Assembly: GCA_964631865.1 (NCBI GenBank)
Contig: CAZWAK010000007.1
Coordinates: forward strand, 1,934-65,933
Reading direction: 5' to 3'
DNA: 64,000 nt
Origin: an uncultured Heliobacteriaceae bacterium
GTDB taxonomy: Bacteria > Acidobacteriota > Blastocatellia > RBC074
Made by a program: the position numbers and the translations under genes. Each line of letters begins with the position of its first letter. Positions within the stretch are counted from its first letter, which is position 1. The notes beneath the pieces were generated by a model. The model had not been told where the DNA came from. It saw only the letters and a list, made by a program, of their open reading frames with translations, and did not search any database. Positions 1-8,354 of this stretch are shown piece by piece.

Positions 1-188
1 GCATTTTGGGGCCTGCGCCCGCACCGCTGGCCCGCATCAAAGGCGAGCATCGGTTGCAGGTGTTGATTAAGACGAAGAACCGCAGAGTCGCGCGCGAGGC
101 ATTGGATGCGGCGATGCTGGCGTTGAAGGAGCAAGCGTGGGATTTGCGGATGCTGAATGTCGAAGTTGATCCGGTGAGTTTGATGTAG
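1..188 (+). CDS. priA: Primosomal protein N' (PriA), C-terminal end; the gene starts upstream of the window
   Basis: The ORF tail ...[51 protein letters not shown] resembles a PriA C-terminus. It is in frame from position 1 and stops with TAG at 186-188. Confidence 0.55.
   Translation, partial: ILGPAPAPLARIKGEHRLQVLIKTKNRRVAREALDAAMLALKEQAWDLRMLNVEVDPVSLM
137..188 (+). repeat. Direct repeat copy 1: native 3' end of priA (att-like)
   Basis: gtgggatttgcggatgctgaatgtcgaagttgatccggtgagtttgatgtag recurs at 1441-1494 (about 1 mismatch over the 45-nt core) and at 2968-3024 (about 80% identical). Confidence 0.8.
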
Positions 189-269
189 CCTGTCCTTGAT
201 GCGATTATACAAAACTGCATTATGCAAAACTGCATTATGCGAATCTGTATAATTCAAGCAGGAGACAGT

Positions 270-1439
270 ATGAAAAACCCATTTCAATATGGCCGCGAAT
301 TAGGTGTGGATGAGTTGGTAGACCGTGAAACTGAAGTTGCCGAAGTAGTCAGCGCGATTCAGGAGGGCGGAAAACTTTTCCTCATTGGCCCGCGCCGTTA
401 CGGGAAGACTTCTATTTTGCAAGCCGCGCAAGCACAGGCTGAAAAAGCTGGAGCCATAGTGTTACGTTACGACGCCGAAGCGTGGCCGACTTTAGATTTG
501 TTAGTCCGCGCTGTTTTGGTCGAAGCCACCCAACGTCTTAGCACCAACCTCGATAAAGCGGGCGATAAGCTGCGCAAGTTTTTTTCCCGCCTGAAGCCTG
601 AAATCAATTTCAATCTCGCCGATCAAACCTTGAGCGGCAGTCTGGGTGTCAATGCGGACGACGCCAAAGAACCAATCGCACAAACCATGCTGCTGGTTGA
701 TTTGCTAAATGGTCTGGAAAAATTGGCCGCCGAAGCTGCGCGTCCGGTCGGACTGATGTTAGATGAATTCCAGAAAGTCATCATGCTCGGCGGCGAAGAA
801 GCAGAAGGGCAAATTCGCGCCGCAGTGCAACGGCATCGCCACGTCGGTTACGTTTTTGCTGGCTCGAAAACTCGCCTGCTGACCGATATGACAGGTCATC
901 CATCTCGTCCGTTTTATCGCCTGGGCGAGCGTCTTTTCATTGGCCCTGTGCCACGTGCGGATTTCACCGCCTTTCTGCTCGCAGGCTTTAAGCAAGGCAG
1001 CATCAAACCTACCGACGCGGGCATCGCTGCGATTCTCGATCTGGCCGAAGAGGTTCCTTACAATGTGCAACGGCTGGCGCATATTTGTTGGGATACGCTG
1101 CAAGTCGCACGCAGCAAAACGCTGGACGAAAACATCGTGCGGCAACAATTGGAATTGCTGGTCAGACGCGACGACACTTTTTACAGCCAGCTCTGGAATC
1201 AGCTTACAGCCGTGCAACAAAAAGCGATGATTGCTCTGCTGCGCGAAGGTGCTGTCCGCCTGCATTCGCAACAGGTCACACGCGCCTATAACCTGTCCCC
1301 TGCCAGCATGCAACGCGCGCTGAAATCGTTACAGGAACGCGACCTCGTGCGCGCGGAAGAAACGATGGGAACTGTGCGCCTGCGATTGGAAGACCCCTTT
1401 TTCGGAGCGTGGATTCGATTGGTGACAAGCAATTCTTGA
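270..1439 (+). CDS. AAA+ ATPase of the archaeal-ATPase (ATPase_2) type with a C-terminal DUF234-like winged-helix region; orphan
   Basis: Walker A GPRRYGKTS and a Walker B-like LMLDEF. GGAGA lies 6 nt upstream of the ATG at 270; the ORF-track start at 222 is probably too early. Confidence 0.7.
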   Translation: MKNPFQYGRELGVDELVDRETEVAEVVSAIQEGGKLFLIGPRRYGKTSILQAAQAQAEKAGAIVLRYDAEAWPTLDLLVRAVLVEATQRLSTNLDKAGDKLRKFFSRLKPEINFNLADQTLSGSLGVNADDAKEPIAQTMLLVDLLNGLEKLAAEAARPVGLMLDEFQKVIMLGGEEAEGQIRAAVQRHRHVGYVFAGSKTRLLTDMTGHPSRPFYRLGERLFIGPVPRADFTAFLLAGFKQGSIKPTDAGIAAILDLAEEVPYNVQRLAHICWDTLQVARSKTLDENIVRQQLELLVRRDDTFYSQLWNQLTAVQQKAMIALLREGAVRLHSQQVTRAYNLSPASMQRALKSLQERDLVRAEETMGTVRLRLEDPFFGAWIRLVTSNS

Positions 1440-1440
1440 G

Positions 1441-1494
1441 GTGTGGGGGTTGCGGATGCTGAATGTCGAAGTTGATCCTGTGAGTTTGATGTAG
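1441..1494 (+). repeat. Direct repeat copy 2 of the priA 3' terminus
   Basis: Near-identical to 137-188. It begins 2 nt after the ATPase stop and again ends in TAG. Confidence 0.8.
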
Positions 1495-1520
1495 GCTATA
1501 ATGCCGCCGAGGTAAAAGTT

Positions 1521-1850
1521 ATGAGCATCGTCGTTGAAGCCGAAGAATATTTGTCGTCATTGACGCGCGCCGAGAAAGCGCAGGTATTGCAATGGATCGT
1601 GCGCGATTTAGGCGATGCATTTCCCGGCATTGAAAGCACAGCAGGCGTTTGCGGTGGCGCAGCACGAATTGTCCGCACGCGCATTCCGGTTTGGACGTTG
1701 GAACAAGCACGACGATTGGGCACGAGCGAAGCTGATATTCTCAAAGCTTTTCCTACGTTGCGCGCGGAAGACCTGGCCAATGCGTGGGCGTATGTCCGTT
1801 CGCACAAACAAGAGATCGAACAGGAAATTCAGGAAAACGAAGAGGCTTGA
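1521..1850 (+). CDS. DUF433 domain protein (putative antitoxin-like HTH partner of a DUF5615/PIN-like protein)
   Basis: The motif ...ARIVRTRIPVWTLEQARRLGTSEADILKAFPTL... is typical of DUF433. It is followed 4 nt later by a DUF5615-like ORF. Confidence 0.65.
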   Translation: MSIVVEAEEYLSSLTRAEKAQVLQWIVRDLGDAFPGIESTAGVCGGAARIVRTRIPVWTLEQARRLGTSEADILKAFPTLRAEDLANAWAYVRSHKQEIEQEIQENEEA

Positions 1851-1853
1851 GCG

Positions 1854-2111
1854 ATGGCGCGTTTGTATTCGAATGAAAACTTCCCGTTGCTTATGGTGCA
1901 GGAATTACGACGTTTAGGCCATGACGTTTTGACCGTGCAGGAAGCGGGCAACGCCGACCGAGCCATTCCCGATGATGCGGTGTTAGCGTTTGCGATGGCT
2001 GAAGGCGTCTCCAAAAAGTGCAGACACTGTCTGCAAAATTCATTTGCGAGAACCGAAAAGACGCGGCACTTGCTCGAAACGCAACGCATCGTCAAAGGGA
2101 AAAGCCAATGA
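1854..2111 (+). CDS. DUF5615-like (PIN-like) protein, probably degraded or truncated after about residue 50
   Basis: N-terminus MARLYSNENFPLLMVQELRRLGHDVLTVQEAG...DDAVLAFAMAEG matches the DUF5615 pattern. The rest (VSKKCRHCLQNSF...) does not resemble the family. Confidence 0.45.
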   Translation: MARLYSNENFPLLMVQELRRLGHDVLTVQEAGNADRAIPDDAVLAFAMAEGVSKKCRHCLQNSFARTEKTRHLLETQRIVKGKSQ

Positions 2112-2162
2112 AGAGAAAGCGCATGTGCTACAATCCGGCGCGAATCGTTTGAGGGAACTTGT

Positions 2163-2532
2163 TATGACGACAATCACGTTGGAAGTACCGGATTCATTGG
2201 CGTCGCAGCTTACGCCGTTGCGTGATCGCTTGCCCAACATTTTGCAGCAAACGGTGGGCGCTTGGTCATTGCAGGTTGCGCCAAACCAACTCAGCAAATC
2301 GTTTCCGGTCTACGAAGCGATGATGGATTTTTTGGCGAGTGGGCCGACGCCGGAACAGATCATTGCGCACAAATCGTCACGGCCTTTACAGCGCCGCTTG
2401 GAAGCGTTGTTGGACAAACAGCGCGAAGACGGATTGACGGAAGAAGAAACGGCGGAGTTGAATGCGTTCGATCAGGTCAATGACGTGATGAGTTCGCTGA
2501 AGCTGCGAGCACGGTGCGCGCTTCGTTCATGA
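2163..2532 (+). CDS. Hypothetical protein (about 123 aa) immediately upstream of an HNH endonuclease
   Basis: Start trimmed to MTTITLEVPDSL... with ATG at 2163. No recognisable domain. It ends 10 nt before the HNH gene. Confidence 0.45.
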
Positions 2533-2541
2533 GCTACGACT

Positions 2542-2958
2542 ATGCCATCAGCCAATGTCCCCGCACGGCTTCGGCGACAAGTCATCGCCAGAGCCAATCA
2601 CGTTTGTGAATACTGCTTGCTACATCAGGACGATGCCGACTTTTTGCATCAGATAGATCACATCATCCCGCGCAAATACAACGGCCTGACTATCTTCATC
2701 ATCTTGGCGCTTGCTTGTCTGAAATGTAACAAAAACAAAGGCCCTGAAATTGCCGGACTTGATCCGATTGATAATGAAATCGCGCCCCTCTTCAATCCAC
2801 GCACGCAAAGTTGGGACGACCATTTCGAGTTGCTCGGCGCATTTATCCTCGGCAAAACCCGTATTGACCGTGCGACAGTCGCGGCATTGAAATTGAATGA
2901 TCCGATTCGCGTCAACCAGCGGCAGGAACTCATCGCCGAAGGCCAGTATCCACGCTAA
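2542..2958 (+). CDS. HNH endonuclease
   Basis: CEYCLL...H-x3-DHIIPRK...ALACLKCNKNKG match the HNH motif with its Cys pairs. Confidence 0.75.
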   Translation: MPSANVPARLRRQVIARANHVCEYCLLHQDDADFLHQIDHIIPRKYNGLTIFIILALACLKCNKNKGPEIAGLDPIDNEIAPLFNPRTQSWDDHFELLGAFILGKTRIDRATVAALKLNDPIRVNQRQELIAEGQYPR

Positions 2959-2967
2959 GACGAAAAT

Positions 2968-3024
2968 GGGTGTGGAATTTGCGGAAGCTGAATATCGAGT
3001 TGATCTCGTGAGCTTGACGTCAGC
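2968..3024 (+). repeat. Direct repeat copy 3 of the priA 3' terminus (diverged)
   Basis: gggtgtggaatttgcggaagctgaatatcgagttgatctcgtgagcttgacgtcag, about 80% identical to copy 1. It starts 10 nt after the HNH stop. Confidence 0.7.
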
Positions 3025-3114
3025 AATTGTGTTTAGAAAACGGCTGAAAATAACAACGAGTGACCAGCGCGCAGGCAAGTCACTCGTGGCAGCGGGGTGT
3101 GAGAGAAATCAAGG

Positions 3115-4338
3115 CTATTTCATGACGGCGCGGCGGCTCACTTCGACGACGCGGCTTTCGGCAAAGGTTGTGACCGGATAGCCGAGCGGCTCGACGTCTT
3201 GGACGTTGACTTCGCGCGCCATCAGCGGCAGCGGTTCGGCGGCGGTTTCAATGCCTGCCAGTTTGCCGAGCAACCATTCGTATTGATTCGTGATTTGCTC
3301 CCAATCGTAGCGGGCACGCACGCGGGACATGGCGCGGGCGCGATACTCGTGGATGAGCGCGGGGTGTGCCAGGACGCGGCGCATCTGGGCGGCTAAATCT
3401 TCGACCGAATCGTAGCTGATGCCAGCGTCGCCCATCACTTCCAAATTCTCCGGCGTGTTCAGCACCAGCGCGCAATTGCCTGCGCCCATCGCTTCGATCA
3501 ACGCGGGATGTGTGCCGCCGACTTCGGTCGCGTGAACGTAGCAATAGGCATTTTGCTGCAATGCGCGATAATCTTCGCCAAAGACGAAGCCGAGGAATTT
3601 GACGCGCGGGTCTTTCGTGCTTTTCAGTTGGGCGATGTACTCTTCCGCGTACGGTGCGCCGCCGACAATCACGAGCGGCAAATCGGTTTTGACTTGTTCA
3701 TAGGCTTCGATGACGAGGTGCGCGTTGTTTTCCGGCTCCAGACGGCTCACGTACAAAATGTAGCGATTGGCTTCCAACTCGAATTTTTGCAGGGTTTCCG
3801 GCGCGGCGCGGCGTTCGACATCAGCGCCGTAAGCGATCATCGAAGAATGTTTGCGATAGCGCGTGGCGTAGTAATCCTGTATGACCTGCGCATCGGTCAC
3901 AATCGCGGTGGGCAAAAACGTCGAAAGCCATTCCGACACGAAATAATACTGGCGTCCGAGCCAATTCCACTTTTTGCGTTTGCGCTCCAACCCGTCCACA
4001 TTCACGAGCGTCGGCGTGCCCAACAAACGCGGCAACACGGCGAAGATGCTGTTCGCTGCATTGCAGATCAAAATGACGTCGTAGCGGAAAAACAGCGCGT
4101 GCAGGACGGAGAGGAACGTATGAATGACGGTATCGAAATATTTGTGACGAATGGTGGGAAGAACGACCAGGTTGACACCTTGATGGGTGCGCGTGGAGCC
4201 GCTGGCGTAATGTTTGCGCCCGTACACGGTGACTGCGTGACCGCGTGTCACCAGTCGGGTGCTGAGTTGTTCAGCAAAGGTCTCAAACCCGCCGTAATTC
4301 GCCGGAATTCCGCGCGTCCCCAGAATGGCAATTTTCAT
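3115..4338 (-). CDS. Glycosyltransferase family 4 (DUF1972-type N-terminus)
   Basis: MKIAILGTRGIPANYGGFETFAEQL... and a C-terminal GT4 EX7E-like region (EVGGTHPALIEAMGAG). Confidence 0.8.
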   Translation of the reverse strand: MKIAILGTRGIPANYGGFETFAEQLSTRLVTRGHAVTVYGRKHYASGSTRTHQGVNLVVLPTIRHKYFDTVIHTFLSVLHALFFRYDVILICNAANSIFAVLPRLLGTPTLVNVDGLERKRKKWNWLGRQYYFVSEWLSTFLPTAIVTDAQVIQDYYATRYRKHSSMIAYGADVERRAAPETLQKFELEANRYILYVSRLEPENNAHLVIEAYEQVKTDLPLVIVGGAPYAEEYIAQLKSTKDPRVKFLGFVFGEDYRALQQNAYCYVHATEVGGTHPALIEAMGAGNCALVLNTPENLEVMGDAGISYDSVEDLAAQMRRVLAHPALIHEYRARAMSRVRARYDWEQITNQYEWLLGKLAGIETAAEPLPLMAREVNVQDVEPLGYPVTTFAESRVVEVSRRAVMK

Positions 4339-4523
4339 AAATTCAAACTAGAGAAAGTGAACCACAAAAAGCGAGGTAGCCCGTTTTAGAACGCAATCCG
4401 CACGGCTCTAATGGGGCTTGGGTTATCAAGGATGTCCAGGGGAGGCCATCAAGAAACTGGGTCTACTATAATAATGCTGCCTCGTTTTGTCACGCCGTAA
4501 TTTGCCTTTGGTTCAGAAAGTTT

Positions 4524-4769
4524 TTAGTCGGTTTTGGACGAAACAAAGCCCGGCGACTTCACTTTTTTCTCGCCGCGATCTTTGCTATCCCAGAGCGCCA
4601 CAATTTTTTCGATGCGGACGAAGAACGTCTGGTCATCTTTTTCCAATTGCAGAATATCGCCTTCAATTTGGATGACTTTGCCGCTCACTGTGCCCGCGCC
4701 AAAGCTCACGTCAATTTCTTTGCCAATACGATTTGCCAAAATTTCTTTCACTTGCTGCGACTCCTTCAC
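4524..4769 (-). CDS. Small hypothetical protein, possibly Sm/LSm-like
   Basis: 81-aa ORF with a beta-strand-like GKVIQIEGDILQLEKDDQTFFVRIEKIVAL. No firm family assignment. Confidence 0.4.
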   Translation of the reverse strand: MKESQQVKEILANRIGKEIDVSFGAGTVSGKVIQIEGDILQLEKDDQTFFVRIEKIVALWDSKDRGEKKVKSPGFVSSKTD

Positions 4770-4916
4770 TACGTGGTGTCAAAAAGGTGCGTCATTGTAC
4801 TGCAATCCGGCTGATTAGAAAAACCGCGCGCGCCGAAAGTCAGTTTATTTTCTGCGCGAATGTTTGTTATAGTCCCTGCTTACGAACAAGCACATCTCAT
4901 CACGACAGAGGAATTC

Positions 4917-5165
4917 ATGCTCGCAAAAGTTTATGTGACGCTCCGCAACGGCGTGCTCGACCCGCAAGGCAAAGCTATTCATCACGCCGCCACGACCATT
5001 GGTTATCAAGGCATCGCAGACATTCGCCAGGGCAAGTATTTTGCCATCACGTTTGACGATTCCGTAGACGAAGCGCAGGCGTACGAACAATTGGAAAAGC
5101 TCGCGCATGACGTGTTATCGAATCCGGTGATCGAGGATTACCAAATCGAATTGTTGGCCGATTAA
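4917..5165 (+). CDS. purS: Phosphoribosylformylglycinamidine synthase subunit PurS
   Basis: MLAKVYVTLRNGVLDPQGKAIHHA...YFAITFDD... is the PurS signature. Start chosen at the internal Met. Confidence 0.7.
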   Translation: MLAKVYVTLRNGVLDPQGKAIHHAATTIGYQGIADIRQGKYFAITFDDSVDEAQAYEQLEKLAHDVLSNPVIEDYQIELLAD

Positions 5166-5168
5166 GTT

Positions 5169-6608
5169 ATGCCTCTTCCTGCAAAAATCGCGGCGCAATT
5201 ACGTGCCATCTGTGGTGACGATGCGGTCTTGACGGACGCGGCGGACTTGCTCGTCTACGAATACGACGCCGTCACGACGCACCGCGCCCAACCGCTTGCC
5301 GTCGTCTTTCCGCAAACGACCGAACATGTCGCGGGCGTCGTGCGCGTGCTGATGGAGCACGGCATTCCGTACGGCCCGCGCGGCGCAGGCACGGGCTTGA
5401 GTTCGGGCGCAATTGCGCTCGGTTGTGAGGCTGGCGAAGGCGCGGTCATCATTGAAATGGCGCGGATGAATCGCATTCTGGAAATTGACTTCGCCAATCA
5501 ACGCGCGATTGTGCAACCGGGCGTCGTGAATTTGCGGCTCTCGCAAGCCATCGCGTCGCAAGGCTATCACTACGCGCCTGACCCGTCGTCGCAAGCTTCC
5601 TGCACGCTCGGCGGCAACGTCGCGGAAAACTCCGGCGGCCCGCATTGCCTGAAATACGGAATGACGACGAATCACATTCTCGGCCTCGAAGTTGTGTTGC
5701 CCAACGGCAACATCGTGCAATTCGGCGGCGACGCGGCGGACACGATTGGCTACGATTTGCTCGGCACGTTTATCGGCAGCGAAGGCACGCTCGGCATCGC
5801 CACAAAAATCATCGTCAAACTCAGCCGCAACCCGCAAACCGTCGTGACGTTGCTCGCGGATTTTATGGACGTCAACGATGCGAGCCGCGCCGTGTCGGCG
5901 ATCATTGCCGCAGGCTTGCTGCCGGCGGCGTTGGAGATGATTGACCAGCCCACGATTCTGGCGGTCGAATCGTCCATTTACAAAGCGGGTTATGCCACCG
6001 ATGTCGCGGCGTGTTTGATTGTCGAGTTAGACGGCCTGCGCGCAGGGATTGATGGGCAGGCGCAGCGTGCGAAAGATATATGCCTCGAACACGGTGCGCG
6101 CGCGGTGCGAGAAGCGCGCGATGAACTCGAACGCAAAAAACTGTGGGCCGGACGCAAAGGCGCGTTCGGCGCGCTCGGTCGCGTCAGCCCCGATTTGTTT
6201 GTGCAAGACGCGGTTGTGCCACGCACGAAATTGCCCGAAGTGCTGGCCGGGATTTACAAGGTCGCGGAACGGCGCGGCATCCGCTTGTGCAACGTTTTCC
6301 ACGCGGGCGATGGCAATTTGCATCCGACCATCAACTTTGACGGACGCAATGCCGACGAAGTCGAGCGCGTGCATCTCGCCGGCAAAGAAATCATGAAGCT
6401 ATGCGTGGAAGCGGGTGGCTCAATCACGGGCGAGCACGGCGTCGGCGTAGACAAGATTGGTTATATGCCGATGATCTTCGATCAAGCGTCGCTGGATGCG
6501 ATGTTGGCCGTCAAAGAAGTCTTCAATCCGACGGGACTATGCAATCCAGGCAAAGCCATTCCGGCGCAAAAGATGTGTCGGGAGTATCGGAAGGCGGTGC
6601 AGGGGTAG
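5169..6608 (+). CDS. FAD-binding oxidoreductase, glycolate oxidase GlcD / D-lactate dehydrogenase family
   Basis: 479 aa with an FAD-binding PCMH domain (GAGTGLSSGA) and the C-terminal ...GSITGEHGVG... signature. Confidence 0.8.
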   Translation: MPLPAKIAAQLRAICGDDAVLTDAADLLVYEYDAVTTHRAQPLAVVFPQTTEHVAGVVRVLMEHGIPYGPRGAGTGLSSGAIALGCEAGEGAVIIEMARMNRILEIDFANQRAIVQPGVVNLRLSQAIASQGYHYAPDPSSQASCTLGGNVAENSGGPHCLKYGMTTNHILGLEVVLPNGNIVQFGGDAADTIGYDLLGTFIGSEGTLGIATKIIVKLSRNPQTVVTLLADFMDVNDASRAVSAIIAAGLLPAALEMIDQPTILAVESSIYKAGYATDVAACLIVELDGLRAGIDGQAQRAKDICLEHGARAVREARDELERKKLWAGRKGAFGALGRVSPDLFVQDAVVPRTKLPEVLAGIYKVAERRGIRLCNVFHAGDGNLHPTINFDGRNADEVERVHLAGKEIMKLCVEAGGSITGEHGVGVDKIGYMPMIFDQASLDAMLAVKEVFNPTGLCNPGKAIPAQKMCREYRKAVQG

Positions 6609-6650
6609 GGCTATAAAAACTCTACTTTTCCGATCATTTTTGCTATTTGA

Positions 6651-6962
6651 TCAGGCACGACTTAGGGCAGCAAGTTTTTCTCGCAGGGGAGAGACATTGT
6701 TTTTTCGGAAGGCTTCGGCAAAGGCATGGTCGGTCTCGATGCTTTGATCTATTTCTTGACGGTGATCGTAGTAATAGGCCATCGCCGCATAAACAGCCGA
6801 CAAGGGGAGGTCATACTTCACAGCAATTTCTTCCAATGACTGCCCCAATCGGAAATGCATTAACACGACATCCGCCACCGTGATACGAGAATTGGCAAGG
6901 CGTGGCTTGTTGCCTCGCATCTCAGCATCAATTTCAATATGCGCATCTAAAACGACTTCCAT
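6651..6962 (-). CDS. DUF433 domain protein (second copy, no DUF5615 partner)
   Basis: ...RITVADVVLMHFRLGQSLEEIAVKYDLPLSAVYAAMAYYYDH... Start taken at MEVVLD. Confidence 0.6.
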   Translation of the reverse strand: MEVVLDAHIEIDAEMRGNKPRLANSRITVADVVLMHFRLGQSLEEIAVKYDLPLSAVYAAMAYYYDHRQEIDQSIETDHAFAEAFRKNNVSPLREKLAALSRA

Positions 6963-7097
6963 AAGGTTTCCTTTCCAGCTTTGCCGAGCTTGCATTGTAG
7001 CTGATTTTAGCGCGGATGGTAACTCACTTGCGCAGCAAAAGGGCGCGTCTCAACTGCTTGAAACGCGCCCTTTGATGTTTCAGCCAAGTGGCTTGCA

Positions 7098-7412
7098 TTA
7101 CTTCTTCGGCGGCACAACGGCGTCTTTGGCGGCTTTCGCCACACGGAATTTGACGACCGTTTTCTTGGGGATTTTGATTTCTGCGCCGGTCGCGGGATTG
7201 CGGCCTTTGCGCGCTTTGCGCTCGGCTTTCACGAGCTTGCCGATGCCGGGCAGAATGAATTGACCGACCTTTTTGGTTTGCGAGACGGCGAGGCTGGCGA
7301 GTTCATCCAGAATCGCACCGCCGACTTTTTTGGACACGCTGAATTTATCGGCCAGATGGGCGGCCAATTGGCCTTTGGTTAAGGGTTTTGCTGCTGCTTT
7401 TGCTGCTGCCAT
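7098..7412 (-). CDS. hup: HU family DNA-binding protein with Lys/Ala-rich N- and C-terminal tails
   Basis: ...GKLVKAERKARKGRNPATGAEIKIPKKTVVKFRVAKA... is the HU arm signature, plus AAAKAAAK tails. Confidence 0.85.
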   Translation of the reverse strand: MAAAKAAAKPLTKGQLAAHLADKFSVSKKVGGAILDELASLAVSQTKKVGQFILPGIGKLVKAERKARKGRNPATGAEIKIPKKTVVKFRVAKAAKDAVVPPKK

Positions 7413-8130
7413 ACAATATTCTCCTTTGTGAAAGTAACTGATGCAGAGCCGTTTCGACGGCGTCGTTTCGCTTTCTTGCGCTCAACGTATTCCGCGCGAA
7501 AATGCGCCCGCCCGAAAAGCCTTCGCATCAAACGTGGAAACCTTGGTGGCTTCCGTTGAGTAGTCTCGCAAACAAAAGGTTGTGGCGCGTACCACAAGTG
7601 CTCCGCAACCGTACTTTGACGGTCTCCCGAAAGGTGGTGCGCAGCGTGGAGGGGTGGTTTGCGAGGTGGAAAAGAACCAATTGCTTTTCTCCCTGAATTA
7701 GCGAGAAAAAGCTTCATCGCTTTGTGATCTGTGATGGTATCAAGCGACTGTATATTGTGTTAGAACGCGGCGGAGTATACATTAGCTGGTAGTTGAGCGC
7801 AAGCCCCAAATGCCCTATTTTTATTGGGAATTTTCTCGCTCACAGCGTTTCTGACCGCATCAATATTGGCGATGCCTCACTACGTGCCTGAAAAGTGCGC
7901 GCCACGCACACCATTCAGCCAAAACGGAAGGGCAAAAGGTTTGTCGGAAAACTGACTTTTTCCCCCACTTACACGTTGCAAAACGGCGCGCGATTAGTTT
8001 AGATTTGCGCCGCGTTCGCGCACCCTTTTATTTGTCAGGAATACTTATCATCAGAAATTATGCGGCCTGAAGCCGTGCCGCGATGACTCGCGGGTTTCAG
8101 GCAGTTACGAATCAGAGGAGGAACTAGATT

Positions 8131-8325
8131 GTGCCTTTAGCTACTTGCCCGGAATGTGACGCCGATATCCATGTGGATGAAGATATGGACAAAGGAGACG
8201 TCGTTGACTGCGACGAATGTGAGGCGAGCCTGGAAGTCGTGGGGCTAGACCCGATTGAGTTAGACCTGGTGTCTCAGGATGAAGAGGAAGACGATTACGA
8301 TGACGACGATGATGATGATTATTGA
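8131..8325 (+). CDS. LysW-family zinc-ribbon protein (amino-group carrier protein-like) with a hyper-acidic poly-Asp tail
   Basis: TCPECDADIHVDEDMDKGDVVDCDECEASLEVVGLDPIELDLV parallels the LysW CxxC...CxxC core. The tail is SQDEEEDDYDDDDDDDY rather than ...EDWGE. Confidence 0.55.
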   Translation: MPLATCPECDADIHVDEDMDKGDVVDCDECEASLEVVGLDPIELDLVSQDEEEDDYDDDDDDDY

Positions 8326-8354
8326 GCACCCGTGAGCAGGATTTCATTGGGGGT

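Noticed and set aside
1990-2532. 180-aa ORF start at 1990
   Set aside because: Its first ~58 residues overlap the DUF5615-like ORF in another frame and are Lys/Arg-rich junk. It was trimmed to ATG 2163.
5199-5837. 212-aa minus-strand ORF inside the GlcD-like gene
   Set aside because: Antisense to a well-supported gene, with an Arg/Ala-rich composition.
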